In this document: positions 1-14,210 of the stretch, one piece after another
How positions within the stretch are numbered: the first letter of the stretch is position 1
Layout: every line of letters starts with the position of its first letter
NCBI GenBank assembly: GCA_965285935.1
Contig: OZ260667.1
Location: 10,106,001-10,170,000 of the forward strand
Reading direction: 5' to 3'
DNA from: Ophelia neglecta
Lineage: Eukaryota
Length of the DNA stretch: 64,000 bases
Notes under the pieces: generated by a model
The model's input: only the letters and a program-made list of their open reading frames with translations
What the model was told of the DNA's origin: nothing
Databases searched by the model: none
Program-made: the position numbers and the translations under genes

Positions 1-1764
1 ACTGAGCGCAAAATAGTATTAGTTTCAACGGTTGCACGAGCTCCCTCGCCGCTTGTCCATATAAGCCCAGAATCGTGTTTATATGGTACGAAATTCTTTT
101 CCGCGATATTTATTCGATTAACTATCGTTTTTTAATAGTTTGCATAGCAACGCATTATCCAGGGCTCTAACTTCATCATATTATTATTATAGTTGACTTT
201 TATAATATTCATTTTTATGGAATAATTACAATATAGCGGGTACCAATGAGAGGACCACAAAGGGATTTTATTTCGATTGCTAGAGAAGACACAGCTTTTA
301 TTATTTGCCCATAGTAGATTTCTAAGAATGTATTAATTTCCCTTTGCGATATGATTTTTAATTGTTTTGAATCTTTGTGCTACGTGTTTTTCTTTGTGTC
401 CTGCGTCACAATTGGCGACCGATGACCTAGCATTTATTTCTAAACGGCGCCCTGGGAAATATGTTTCATTTCATATTTATGTATAATGTCGCAGTGTTTT
501 CCTATGGACATGTGGGCCACTGAAATGGGCCTAGTGTGCTCTTATTTCTTGACATTTAACTGATAAATACACTATTCATAATGAGCAGTACCAGTGGGAA
601 TGATTCTAAGAATGGAAACCATTGACATTATATCTGAGACCCAGCCGCTTATTTGTCAAAAGACTTCAGATAAATTTACAATATACAGGTGCTAGATGTC
701 CGGGATATAATTATGAAACGCAAAGAAATCCAATAGAGAACATAACCCATCTTCATAAAAAATTCTTTAACCGCTGACCTTTGGAATAGGACGCTGCCGG
801 GTAACCTGAAATAAGAGAAATCACCTAATTATGGTAGACGCTATCATTCAGTCGCATCCGTCACACGAGACTGTCTTGTTTATCTGGAACACAACTTAAC
901 GATATGATCCCTTTCCTGGGTCACCGTGATCACCGTGACTTTGAGGACCAATCAAAACAAGTGGTTCATACACCAAATGTCAAGTCCTTCACGACATCAC
1001 CGGAGGAACACATGATTAGCATCATTGTAATCTTCGCCTACTCCATTTGCGTCCCACGATAGTAATGAGATATCCAGACCATGTTGCATGCATTTTTCTG
1101 AGTGAATTAAATCTAGCTCTGATTTCTCGCGAAAAAAAAACTAACTCTTATATTTTAAAGAAAGGAATTAACTACACTTAATTTCAAAAGAAGCTGCACA
1201 GCACAAAAGGTTAGGCACAAATGCTAGAGACTGAAATATGGAAATATATGACCTTGAACTTTCTATTAAAAAGGAATTATACTAAAGATTCTTCCGATAA
1301 ATGAATCTGGCTCGTTGGCAACCAGAGTGCCACCCATCACGCCCACCACCACACCACAGTTCGGAAATCAATTAGTCACTGGATAAGTGTATTACACGAG
1401 TCGCGTGTGCAATGGCAAAAACTCACCATGAATTTAACATTTGCTCAGCTTCATGTACGTAGTTTAATTCTGTCTTTAAACGTGAATAACAGACGAAAAA
1501 GCTGACACGTCACTTATGTTACACTAAATTATATTTAGGGGCACCATGAGTGAAAACGACCAACCCGCCTGATGAAGAGAATCATTCAGGAGTTAATTGA
1601 AAGAAACCACCTGTACGTCCATTGTTACGCGTCCCTATTGCCATTTGATATTGCTTAGGTTCGAATTAACCAAAGAACCAACTGGGGTTGATGCTTGTGC
1701 ATCATAATATATATTATGATATTATGAGCATCGTTTAAGGCGAGCATATGATAATATCTATTAA

Positions 1765-2550
1765 ATTTATTGAAGTCGAGGCAGGATATATTTTCTCATT
1801 ATTGGCTGGGCCATATAGGCCTTTTTAAACCTACAGCGGTAATCCATGCGACAATTTCAATTTTTTATTTTTTTTGAAATTTCAAATGTGGTTATGACTT
1901 GGCTGGGACTCGAACCCACAACCATTTCCGTATCATCCACCTAGCCCAGCGATACCGGCGACTCTATCCATTTAGCTACATCCCCAACCTAAAAAAAGGT
2001 TGGTTCAATAGCATTGATATAGTCACCGTCATCACTAAACACAGGGTCTATGGGTTCTATTTGGCAGCCAGAGGTCATAGTAGTATACATTTATTGAAAT
2101 CGAGGCAGGATATATATTCTCATTATAGACTGGGCCATATAGGTCTTTTTAAACCTAAAGCGGAAATGCAAACGACAAATTTTTGTTTGAAATTTCAAAT
2201 GTGGTTGTGACTTAGCTTGGACTCGAACCTACAACCCTTGCTGAACCATCCACCTAGCCCAACGATACCGGCGACTCTGATATAATCACCGTGAGTGCTA
2301 TTGAACCAAGATTTTTTTTGGGGTGGGGGGTGGGGGGGGGGGGGTTGGCGATGTAGCTCAATGGATAGAGTCGCCGGTATCCCTGGGCTAGGTGGATGGT
2401 ACCGCAAGGGTTGTGGGTTCGAGTCCCAGCCAGGTCACAACCACATTTGAAATATATATATATCTATATATTCTGATTATAGAGGTGATCTTTAAGGCAA
2501 GTTTTCACTGGATATATATATTACGTAAATAAATATCCTGCGTAGAGCCT
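1765..2550. repeat. Cluster of three tRNA-derived (SINE-like) units: two tandem on minus, one inverted on plus
   Basis: Units ~1765-2030 (-), ~2090-2278 (-), ~2295-2452 (+). The plus copy shows a Pol III A box TAGCTCAATGG and B box GGTTCGAGTCC but no acceptor-stem pairing. Confidence 0.75.
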
Positions 2551-2629
2551 GGAATGTTGACACCGGGCAGACATAATCGAATGGCTTACAATGGTCTTAC
2601 TTCATGAACATGTTTTTGACCTATGCGAT

Positions 2630-2810
2630 ATAAGTAAGTTAGTTTCACGCATTTTCTCAGTCTGGACAATGAGTAGGTTATTTAATACGCCGCATTGAAC
2701 TATCCGGAAACTGCTCGTCTGTATAAAGTGAGTAAGCCTACTTCTTGCCCGGCATTAGCCAACTTCCCTCGGGTTATTAAGCCACCGCGAAATTAACCGA
2801 CTTAGCTCGA
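2630..2810 (-). repeat. Dispersed MITE-like repeat family B
   Basis: Reverse complement AAGTTGGCTAATGCCGGGCAAGAAGTAGGCTTA..AGACGAGCAGTTTCCG matches 13281-13350. Confidence 0.5.
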
Positions 2811-3984
2811 TAATAAGCATCTTAGCAAATAACTAGCACATGCTCCTCTGTGCTAAGGTCTGTATTATCAATCTACTTCATTATCTATTATATTACTAAA
2901 ACGAATGTGCTTTTGCTATTCTGAGGTCTATACTGAAAAAGGATAAATAATGAAAGAATTCCTTCATTGTCTTTGGTCGGTCCGGAGTCTTAAGTTAGCA
3001 ATGATTTAATCACTGTGTACAAAAATGCAAATTGCTATTGATATCTAAGTAGTCATCTGGAGAAAAAACGTTCTCCTGATTGTCCCAAATAACCACCAGG
3101 TTTTTCAGCAAGCTTTTATCTGTTTTGATAGATTGTGAAATTGCTTACAGTAACTACCATTCGGAATTCCATTGATTCCTTTGTTTACGTTATGTACAAA
3201 GCGTTTATCGCAATTAGGATTGTATCTAATTTTGATTTTAATCTGAATAATTGATGCAATTTGCGGTAGAAGGGTATAGACAAGATGATTAAATGAACTG
3301 TCTCCTTTACTTCCGTCTACTCCTAAGTAATCTTTTGCATCCAGTTAAAGGTTGACATGTTCATTATTGTTGGTCGCTTTAGCTCGAAATAAGAAGGAAA
3401 GAAATCACCATACTTTACAGAAAATATAACCTCATTAACAAAGATGAAGCTCCTACAATGACATCAAGGCACACCCGCTAATGAGATTGCTCCGCGAATA
3501 ATTTGTCAATATCCTTCCCTGTGTATCTGGAAGGGAAATTAATCCAAATAAGCAAAGGCAATTTGCTCCTTCATCATCTTACATTGCTCAAGGAAACAAA
3601 AGCGGACACTGAATTGCCAAATCATTGTATGTAGATCTATGTACGATTTCACCATCGACATATCTTCTCGTCATTTGATCGATTCAGTTCCTCGTTGATT
3701 ATTGACATTGATCCATTTCATTGCTAGGACAGGTATTTAGTCGGTTGTCTTTCATTGTTTTTTGTTCTTTCATTTCAGTGTTTAAATGACAATTCCATAC
3801 TAGAATTCACTGTTTAGGCCCTTAACTCGCACGGTCACTTCTGTCCAAGTCAACTTATCAGTGACTAATGCCATTCTATTTTGCCTCATATTTTTTTTCA
3901 TTTCAGTATTTAAATTACCTTTAGTGAGAAACACTCAATTGGTTCTAGTCTAAAGTATACACTCTTCAAGCTCTTCCCACCCGA

Positions 3985-4036
3985 GGCGATATGACCAGAT
4001 AAGTGTTGAAAGCCACGTAAAACCCCTTACATACAT
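3985..4036 (+). mobile_element. 3'-terminal fragment of the same SINE family
   Basis: GGCGATATGACCAGATAAGTGTTGAAAGCCACGTAAAACCCC matches the 3' ends of the copies at 14.7 and 61.7 kb. No clear TSD. Confidence 0.65.
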
Positions 4037-5559
4037 CCGACCAACACATCCTTCCTCGTCACACCCTTAAACTAACATACTTAGACATAAGTACAATCTT
4101 TTTTTTTATGATTCCATATTATGGCTTTTGTCGAAATATCTGGGGCCTGTTGTGAAAATATTCTTGACTTGAAGTACAATTTTTCATTAATTAGACCATA
4201 AGCTTCCCTAACAAAATGAAGGCTATTTATTTAAGATTTTGGGTCCATACATAAGAGGATTTCTATTAGGTGGTATGGGGGACGGAAGGCGGGGCCAAGT
4301 ATTCAGCATTCCGTCCGCTGGATATAGAACTTAGGGAAAGCAGGATTCAACGGTCTTTTGAAATTACGGTAGATGCTTCTCCTCCTGGAGAGGGTAAATC
4401 TTTTGCCTCCTTTGGGAGGTGACACTTTAACAGGCATACTGGAAATTCTGCTACGAAATACCAGATACGAGACACAGAAAGGAGATAGGTGTTTAGAACA
4501 TTGCCATGTGGACAAGGTTTGGGTTAGGGTAACTGATGGAACCTTGCTTGCTTAACCCTATACCTAACCTTGTCATAACCCAACTCTATCTTATTTTTTC
4601 GTATCTGTGTATCTTGTATTTCCCTGGTATTTTGTATCAGGTTCTCCGGTATGCCCATTTTAAAATAATTTTCATTTTAATTTACTACATCACCAGCTCA
4701 CTCAATAGCTTATTTTTAGGTACCATTTGTGGTGTGATAAGTATTACCCCGCTTGAAATTATAAACTAGCATGTGTTGACTTTGTGAAATAAACGACTTG
4801 TAAGCCCATTCTTCAGTGGTAAAGGAGTCGTTCAATCAATTGGCTTTTGTTATAACATTGGTTCATGGTGACTTCAAGCCAATCCGGACTGAAGCTTTTG
4901 TGCTTAGAGCTGGTAGTGTTTGACTATTCCGGGCCGCTTTAATAGACAGTTTTTTTAAATGCCAATGGCGCTGGCCAGAGCCATTCATTAAAGATTGGCT
5001 ATTAAATTACATGCCAAATTCCTGCAAAAGTGGAATAATCTTGGCAACGATCCTCCTTGTGTTAAAGTGCCCATTGACATTCATGTAAATAAATTCCAAT
5101 CAGACCGTCTGCTGAATAGGTTCAATTTAAAGGAACGCCTAAAAAAACCAGATTGAATACAATAAAAAAGCTAATACGATCCCTGCTGTTGCTAAAGCAT
5201 GTCTCATTGGCCTGGATGCTTATTGAACGTTCGAGGGACACAACTCCCGGCTTCTAGAAGCTTAAGGTAAAAAATACATAAGATGTTTAGTGTAAATACA
5301 AAGGAGGCAGGTATATCATGTATCACATACGAAACAGGGTGACATCATAGTCTCAAAACGAGTTCAATGATGGTCTCTGTAAGACAAAATAACCCACATG
5401 CCAAGTGAACAACTGAGGATACATATGCCGAATCAAATAAACAGAATGTGAAATATCACATAATAACTATGGAAATACAAAATCCGATGATTCACTACCA
5501 TGCATGCGAGTCATATACAATCTCTTCAGAGTGAGTTTAAATTGAGATATCTCAGTTGA

Positions 5560-7190
5560 AAATTTCATATTCACCGGCAAACTGTTCTAAATGCTCACTG
5601 CCCCAAACTGCGGTGCGAACGATTCCCCCTAGAGTGATTAGACGGTTACTCGGGGGCGTTACCAGATATGCACTTAATCATAAAACATAAAATATTGCAA
5701 TCAACTCAACTTTGGACCTTCAACCAGTTTAATTTGATAAAATTCCATAGTCTAATATGCTGCCTTGACCCAACGTTATCAAGAAATCGAATAACCTTAT
5801 TCAAGGCCGTATGGACATAACTTTCGTCTTTTTATTAGTCCCATTAAACCAATAGCATTACGAATGATCAGAATGGGCTGAATAAGGGCATTACAAAGAA
5901 TTTACAGTTCAAATAACCCTTCTTTCTGAGTACAAATTAAAATCTCATGTTGATGTATGGACCGCTCCTTTGATCATCCAACATGGAACCAAGATATTTT
6001 CCCTGGATTTAGCCGTTAAACAAATACCTTTATGCATAACATTTGAATTTGCACACTGTTGACAATTTCCTTTAAGAGCTAAACCGGGTGCTCTCTGTTT
6101 TATCAATGTGTAGAGACAATTTATTTAATAATAGCCAGTTGTTCAATTGCAAAAATATCTTTGCTAGATACCATCAGCGCCGAGTCATCAACACACAAAA
6201 AGAGCTTACACTTAATAGAACCTGGCATGTCATTAGCATAAATTATAAATAAAAGGGGTCCCTGAATGGACCCTGTGGCATAGCACAAATTTTTGACTTC
6301 TGACTAGCAAAATGTTCCGTTTAAAATACCCTTCGACTTTGGTTTTTTTTTTAAATAAAAGGAAAACCATGTAATAGATACACCATCCAAACCGACAACC
6401 ATACAGGATATTGTGATTTGCAGTATCGAATGCCTTTTACATATCTATTAACAGAATTCCAGTTAAATCTAAATTTATATCTGCTAAACTAAGAAAAGCT
6501 TCGTCTTAATCCTGATTGATATTCTTACATAACATTTATATCGATTATGAATTTATCCAACTAATTATAAATTACACGTCCAAGAGTCTTAGACAAGGCA
6601 GACAATATGGTGACAGGTTTATAGTTACCCACATCACAATAATCTCCCGTCTTATAAAGGGGGATGACCTTACCGTTTTTCTACAGGTACACTAGATTTC
6701 TCAAATGACATATTCAGATTAAAGGGAATGAATCAGTTACTACATCACTAGCGTCTTTCAAAAACCTAGAAAGAATGTCATCAATACCAGTTGCCTTCTT
6801 AATATTTAAACTTTAACAGATTGCGTACCATTTCACCACCAACGTTTCACGAACCTGTTTCTTTGTGTACCTTTTGAAATATGAACCATTTCATCAAATT
6901 TCAGCATGAAGAAAGTTTAAGCACCAGGCTAGAAACTACTTTTCAAAAATGACTTAAAACGACGGCCTTATCCAGCATTAACAAATATCAATCTGATGAT
7001 AGCACCGCCTTCGACCGAGCGCTTTTGGATTGTGCAGACAAACCAAGGTTTTTTTCAACATGTGTTCGGTCGTTCAAGATGAATTCGGACGAGCTTAAAG
7101 AACTTGTCTCGATTAATGATTCACTGATTAAACGTTCTGCGCTCCATAGATAGTCATGTTTGCCAGAGGACATCATTTTAACATTCTAAT
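5560..7190 (-). mobile_element. Decayed LINE (L2/Crack-like) RT region
   Basis: Minus-strand motifs in correct order: KKATGIDDI..RFLKD (~6790), DVGNYKPVTILSALSK (~6620), LLIDMxKAFDT (~6440), QGSIQGPLLFIIYANDMP..KLFLCVDDS (~6270-6180), LNKVIRFL..SRQHI..LNWLKV (~5800-5715). Many stops and frameshifts. Confidence 0.8.
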
Positions 7191-10100
7191 ATTATTACTC
7201 ACTCCTCCGTGAAAAAAATATCTTAGATGTTGTCAAGTGGTCCGCAGTGTTTAAAGGGAGCTTTTGATGAGGAGAGGGGTTGAATTTGAATCTCAGGCTA
7301 TAATTGATTAACTGAAATAAATTACTCACGCTTGTCTTAATGGTGAAACCGACGTGTGTCTACTGTGATTCTCTGTCCCCGTCTCAAAAAAAAAATCCTT
7401 GTTATTTCAGCCTATTTTCTATGATTAAAGATGCTAATATAATCATACTTCAAAGCGAAACTTATTTGTATTCCTACATGACTCATTTGTCAATTAACTT
7501 TCGCTGTGTGTCTAGACGAGAAACAATAACCCACAAAATCACATTTGCCGTGTTCCAGCATACTAATTCACTGTTTTAGGAAAGTAAGTAGAAGAGAAAA
7601 TTGCCTTATTACGTCTGGAAGACCCAGGTCCACTTTATCAATAAGATGTTTTCTGGCTGGTCGATATCCTAGTAGGCAAATGAAAAGCAGACTCAAAGTA
7701 TAAACAGCTCTCTGGTCCATGCATTTGATGGTTACAACAAGAACAAGGAACGCGTGTAAACTGTAGAAATTTATATATATTAATTTATTGTTATTTATTG
7801 GCTTTTACATATAGCGCATTTTCCATAAAATATATGCTCAAAAGCGCTTTGCAATTATAAAAACATGACTAGATTACAGCTTAAACAAGGAAATGCATAA
7901 AACGTGAAAAATATATAAGCGTGAGGAATGTCCAGGTTGATTACCTAATATCAATATATTACTGGTGGTCAGTTTGTAACCTTTGATTCTACATTCCTTT
8001 ATCAATCCTGATGTCGTGGACAAGTGAGACATTAGCCATAAATTCTATTTTTTTTTTTAAAGGCAATTAAAAGAACACTATTCTTCCCCGCAAAAAAACA
8101 CAATAAAAACGGGGTTGAATGCCCGCAGACAAACCAAGAGACAAGGAATTCGATCTCAACTTCTTTATCACTCCGGTGGGGAGCTGGCTGGGGAGAAGCT
8201 TGGGGATAGGAAGGGGGGCTGAAAGATTACCTTTGAATCGTTTAATTTGAATCAAATTTAGTCGAAAAAAAAACGCATTCCAAAGAGCGAGGGGGGGGGG
8301 CATTTGAGATGGGGACTTTTACACGTTTTTAACATAACCGGACGCTGGTGAGTTGTCCTATCATGTGCTATCCACGGGGATGAACGGTGTCTTTTTCACC
8401 GATTTCTTAAAAACCAAGGGTTTAAATAGTATACAATATCCTGAGGAACACGAGGGCCTTGATCTTGGCAATATGAAGGGATAGTGTATTGGTTTCACAG
8501 CAGCTTTCATGGATTTATATTATTTTTAAATTAGGTTGCCGTTTTTTTCCTTTTGCCATTACCCATCTACTATCTGCCTTCAGGGCCCTTCTAGTCAACG
8601 AATTACTTAACGAGCAATAAAAAATTACATGCACAGAAATAGCAAGAAATTGAATTTAAACCTGAAAACATGGGATTAACCTTTGCTCCTTTGATACAAA
8701 ACATACGAAGTTTGATTTAAACATTGGTATATCATCAACTTGTAGAATTGGCAATTCATTTTGACAAACTGAAAATTCTTTTTAACTTATCTCTGCAGTT
8801 TAATATCCTGAGAGCAGTTCAAGTCCTGGTCAGACAAATCAAGGTCCAAGTTAAATACAGGCATTAAAACATGGCATATACACTATTATATTAATATGGA
8901 CTATGGACATTTGCTGTCCCTGCAGGATTATAAATCTAGTCGAACTTACGGGAAGGAAGTCAACAAGTTTGGATATACGCTAAAGTTAGCAATACGTGGG
9001 GAAATGGCTTTTTGGTTGAATGCATTTAATGGAGTTGTTTAGGGCAATAGGCCACCCTAGCCGCCAAGCTGGCTACGTATAAACTGAGGCATTGTAGACC
9101 AAAACCAATATGCTCATCAAGTCCGCCTGCCCTATCACAGTATCACATCTGACTGAAGCATTCACCTATGAGCTAGAACTATTTCCTCTTATAAATATCA
9201 TAAATGTACATTGTGGTGAAAATAATAAATCACCGGAATGCGGGGAAAAGGTCAAAGTCAATGAATACATGGGAAGCGAATAAACTTCCTTTATTCTTAC
9301 GCCTCATTGAAAAAGATAGGCAATACGGGGAATGTCGTGGATTAGCTATAATACATGTTTGCCAATGTGTTTGCTGTGACAGCCACATTCCACTGTTGTG
9401 CTGCATCCGCTTCAATTGTCTTTACGCTATTCACTATGGCCCTTTCAACCTGGTTTGTAGGAATGCACCGCATTGTATCAAGCTTTTCATTCCATACCCC
9501 AATGCAATACTCAAGCTGACATTGAAGCATGTATCTTGAACAGACATGGTCAAAAGGTTCTTAAGACTTATGCATGTATGTGGGGACACGTATAACAACC
9601 CCGCCGCGTTGCTGCATTTGAGTCAAGTGTCAATATCTGGGAAAACTCTACGTGCTCCGATAAACTCTATTTCCGGATGGGGTATTTTATTGTGGCAACA
9701 CACACTGGCTTTCCTCTAAATAACGTCTGTTTCCAATCTAAACTGAATTTTCTTTCCAACAGGAATGGCCTTCAATTGACATTGCCTTGAGCAAATTCTT
9801 ACGGATGCTCTGATCACATGTTCCACCTATCATATATGATTTGCACGTTTAAGATAAGATTTCTATAGCAGTATGCATCGAAATATTGCTTACAATGATT
9901 TAGGGAGTTAATTGGACACATGCATTTAAAAAAATAAGTATATTGCAAGACAATAATTAATGGAAAAAAAGGTTTATATGCCCGTTTGTGTGATATCGTG
10001 GTAATGTGAATTGCTGACTATTTGAATCTGATTATGAATCTGGTGGCACTAAGAAGCATATAATAAAGTGAATGGTCACTTTGGCTTATTTGTTTAAACA

Positions 10101-10889
10101 TATTTGACAATAACATGATCGTAAGGTTCTCCAAAATACATTTGTGTAATAGGTAAATTCCTCTGGCGATTAGTTCACAAGGGGATTGTCTCGGTTTATG
10201 GTGTTTGTGTAAATAATAATTGATATATGAATTTATATTAATATAGTAACAGTATTTTTAGAAGTTGTGAAATGCGTTTATTGAGGAATTCAAAGCACGG
10301 TTTAAGTGACATAAAAATAAAGATAATAATAATAAGAATAATAATAATATTAATAGCATTTAGCGTATAGTGCTGAGTATCATAAGTATATCTAGTTCAA
10401 AGGCGCTTCACAATAAAATATGACAACAAGTTATGGATAAAAAATTAGCATTTGTTTATTTTTAACGTTAGTTAGATTTTAGAAAAAATGTATTTTCCAA
10501 TTTAAAAAAAAGTGCAATTGAAGTACAATTATCACAGATAAGCAGTACAGATACACAGGCATTATTGATCACTAAAAGCCAGCCAAAACAAGCTGGTCTT
10601 GAGCTGCGTTTGAAACGAAGTCACAATGTAATGTGGTCACGTGTTAACAATCTTGCAGCGAAGCTTTGCAATTTCTGCAACCGTTTAAGCACAGCTGCAT
10701 AGGCACCACACAGTCAATTCGGGATCTCATTCGTTTTTGTGTTTTCTGATTAGGTACTGTATGCCAGTAATTTTCCTCAAATTATACTCTGATCAAACTG
10801 AGGTTCTTGTTCTGGGCACGCAAAAAGGCTTTCAAAATCCAGCATCATGACAATTTCAACTCTTGGGTCATCGGTCGTCAGGTCATATA

Positions 10890-11087
10890 CAGGGAAACCT
10901 GTGAATTAAGACCACCAAAGAGACTGGAAAATGCTGGTCTGATTTCAGAGGTGGTCTTTTTAAGAAAGATTATTCAACATTGAAAGTATGCAGTATCGGC
11001 CTCATAATAGTGGTCTGAATGGTTAAGGTAACCAGTCGTTTTGTACAGTAATTAAGGAGACTTGTTGTTTTATACTAGATTCAACTA
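10890..11087. mobile_element. Tc1/mariner(pogo)-like MITE
   Basis: TA-CAGGGAAACCTGTGAATTAAGACCACCAAAGAGACTG..., internal GGTGGTC repeats and a degenerate right end. Homologous to 45800-45943. Confidence 0.5.
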
Positions 11088-11649
11088 TTTTTTAGGAGTG
11101 TTGTTTCATTCGGCTTAAGTGAAGTAGCTTATGTAATAATATAGGCCTTGGAAGTTGTGCTGTAGCTATAAATCGGCACTTTTATATGATTGCGACGGGC
11201 TTATTAGCACAGTGCTGAGGCAAAGCATTATTGTCACTAGAATGTCTGATCTCCAATAATATATTTGTTGCCAGAAATAAGCTCAAATTGTACTTAGATT
11301 ACGAGGCAACACTAACACGGTGATTAACACGAGACGTAAGTGACTTGTCGCTGCCACAGAAAACCCCGGTTATGCTCCGCTCTATTTATCCAGTACCCTG
11401 ACAATGACAATGAATGTTACCAGCCTCCAGTACAACCTAGGCTAACCTAGATTCACAGCAGTTGATCATGTCAAGATAGATATGCAACTATAAATCCTGT
11501 GCTCCCTGGTCCTTCAGCTTCGTAAATATTTAACCAAAGATGAAATATACCTTAGTTGTTAGTTTAATGAGAACAGAATATTGAAACCTGAGAGTAAGGA
11601 AAAATCTCCATTCTGGTTCCATGAGGACCTCGTTTCTAGAAGCGGTGTT

Positions 11650-11960
11650 AACTTTTACATAAGAATATAAAGAAGCCACTTTAAAAAGTGGATACTCGGC
11701 AGACAAAATAAAATCATTAATAACGGAAAGTTGATTTATTCGGTCCGAATTCATCTGGAACCAGTAGCGACAAACTCAAATAAACCAGTCCCCAGCTCCC
11801 GAACCGTAAATAAACTTGCGATGCAATAAAAAATGAAAACATAATCTTGAAGAACACTTGCAATGAGAAGTAGCCAACAGGATTCCATGATGTGTCCGAC
11901 ACAAAACAAACGAGTTAGTGTTCAACGTAGGGCAACTGTGAATTATGTCCCAGGAGACTC
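11650..11960 (+). mobile_element. Ancient repeat, possibly a Penelope-like thumb/linker fragment
   Basis: DNA homology to 31135-31270 (-). Translates LKSGYSADKIKSLI, with GNCELCP downstream. Confidence 0.3.
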
Positions 11961-13214
11961 TTTGGAGGTCTCTGCTCTCATAATTTGAGGGCCTTAAGGT
12001 GAAATAGTCTCACTAAAGTATACGGTATCCATCTTTACAGCAACTATTCCAAGGCCAATACGCCAGGTATACAGCTATTATTGTGGCAGTAATAAAAGCT
12101 CTCGTCCACGCAGAAGGCTTTATTCATTTGTTTTGTATTTCTTAATGTCGTTGTTAATGGAATGGCGGAAAAACAGCGGGAGATCCAAGCCATCTTTAAT
12201 TTCTACTAAGAACCGTTCAAATGGATTTCAACTTTGGAGGCGGTCAAAAAACAGGAACTCTGAAATTCCATTTTATCGAGCCGTTGTTTTCTAATTATTA
12301 AAAAGAGGAACTTGTAAACAACAAATTAGTTCATATCACGCCTAGAATGTTTTGTAATGAAACAGATATTGTCATGAATTTGTTCTTGTAGCGGCGAAAG
12401 AATTTTGCGGCCTGGACGCAACAATGCATGCTGTATGTAGGAGGAAGGTATAATCATTATGTCAATATGGTACAACTTCCATCCATCACACAGCACCAGA
12501 GACCTGCTTGCTCAGCCAACATATCATTGTTTGGCACTGGTCATACATAACCCATCAAGCTTGCTACCCTGAGTGTCAACCGGCCATAATGCGTTCACCG
12601 ATTTGCTCAAGAAACACAATCACTAACACATGATTTCCCACTAACATCAAGTCATCTCACCGAGTGTATTGAACAAAGACTAAAATAACAGCGCATGAAC
12701 TTATAACATTGGAACTCGGGGAACTGTTTTTTTCTTAATGGAATTTTGCCCACAGGCGAAGGAAAAGGCAACCCACAATCCCTCATTTCATAATGGACAG
12801 TCTAGTCATTTATACTCATGACATTATGATAGGATATGGTCCATTTGTGTGAATTATTGTGAGGTTGGGAATTAGGGTCTTTACATTCATTATTCGTAAC
12901 CACACGTCCCTAGTCAACGGAGGTCTATATAAGAGCATCAAATCATGTCTGAGACTGAATTCCAAAATCTAATAACCCTACCTCGATTCTTCTGAAGCAT
13001 ATTTGATGGTTCTGTGTGACCATCCTTTGATGTGACTAGGCTCTTGAGTCGATAATAAGACATTGTCTGCCCGAAAAGTAATCCTTATTCTTTGGTTAGA
13101 GTAATTGTCGTTCTAATGTCACTAACAGCGAAACCTGAGCCTGCTTTGAATCACGATGCTTTCATGTGGTCCCATTCCATTGAGCAAGATCGATGAGTGG
13201 AATAGGCGTAGTAA

Positions 13215-13435
13215 CGGGTAAAGTCTGGTTATTTCGCGCACATTTCAATTCCCCGCAGAAAATCACATAATTCCGCGAATAAGTTGGTTAATACCAGACA
13301 GGAAGTAGGCTTATTTCCGCGCATAGTGATAAGACGAGCCGTTTTCCGCATCGTTTGATTCCTTGAAGCAAGTACAAAACATGCAAAGGATAAGATTGCT
13401 TACTGCGTCCAATTAATCAATGCGCGAATTTTACT
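13215..13435 (+). repeat. Dispersed MITE-like repeat family B
   Basis: GGTAAAGTCTGGTTATTTCGCGCA..AAGTAGGCTTATTTCCGCGCATAG..CTTACTGCG. Homologous to 63185-63390 (-), 2630-2810 (-) and, more weakly, 25505-25610. Confidence 0.55.
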
Positions 13436-13976
13436 ATACATTATCCTATATAAATACAAGGTATGTCTTTACAAGAAATTGATGAGAAGACACCATTTAA
13501 TTAATGGGTAATTTATGATCCATAATTCTGTTTTGTCTCGCTGGTATTCATTCCTTTTCTTTTGGACTATTTTTTATGCAGAGACGTACACCGGATGTTT
13601 GTTTTTTGGTCACAATCAAATTTCAAACTCTAAAACTGTGCTGTCTTTGACTAAGGCGATTCGCATAGTAATGTTTTCATAACTATATCTTTAAGAAAGC
13701 AGAGCTCAATATTGCAAACTAATATTAGCCACACATCTGTGAATGAAACAGTGTCGCTAACAAACGATACCCAGGCGTCCATTATAGTCGTTTGGTTATG
13801 TGATAACAACTGAAGTAATGGCAAATTATTCAAATCAGCTCCAGGAATTGCACAATGGCGTCCTACTGTATGTTCGGTTCCAATTAATCAAGATAGCAGT
13901 ACTTTTAGTTCTTTTGCAGAATGCTCTTCCATGCATCTCAATGATTATCTTTAGACTCTAAAGGGGAAATCACCGG

Positions 13977-14210
13977 GACCCGGTTTATGGAAGCTTAAGT
14001 GTGGGGATTAGATAAGCCTGTTACCGATAAGCAGAGACCACATTAAAAGGTGTTTTATATTGAGGATAGAGTTTAAGGCCTACGAGAATGGCTTGGTTTG
14101 AGACCTAATCGAGCTTCCAGAAACCCAGTTTAGGGAGATAACACCGACAGAGGACTTAAATTCTAATTTCATTGCAATTTAGATTTAGGACCACTTCCAG
14201 AAAACGGGCC
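13977..14210. mobile_element. MITE, PIF/Harbinger-like (GGCCC-type TIR, 3-bp CGG TSD)
   Basis: GACCCGGTTTATGGAAG ... CTTCCAGAAAACGGGCC, flanked by CGG on both sides. Related copies at ~22344-22480 and ~46640-46780. Confidence 0.6.

Noticed and set aside
2347-2440. Functional tRNA gene
   Set aside because: A and B boxes are present, but the 5' and 3' ends do not form an acceptor stem and the anticodon arm is non-canonical.
8690-8935. Helentron/HINE-like non-autonomous element
   Set aside because: There is a vague resemblance, but subterminal inverted repeats and the 3' hairpin could not be delimited.
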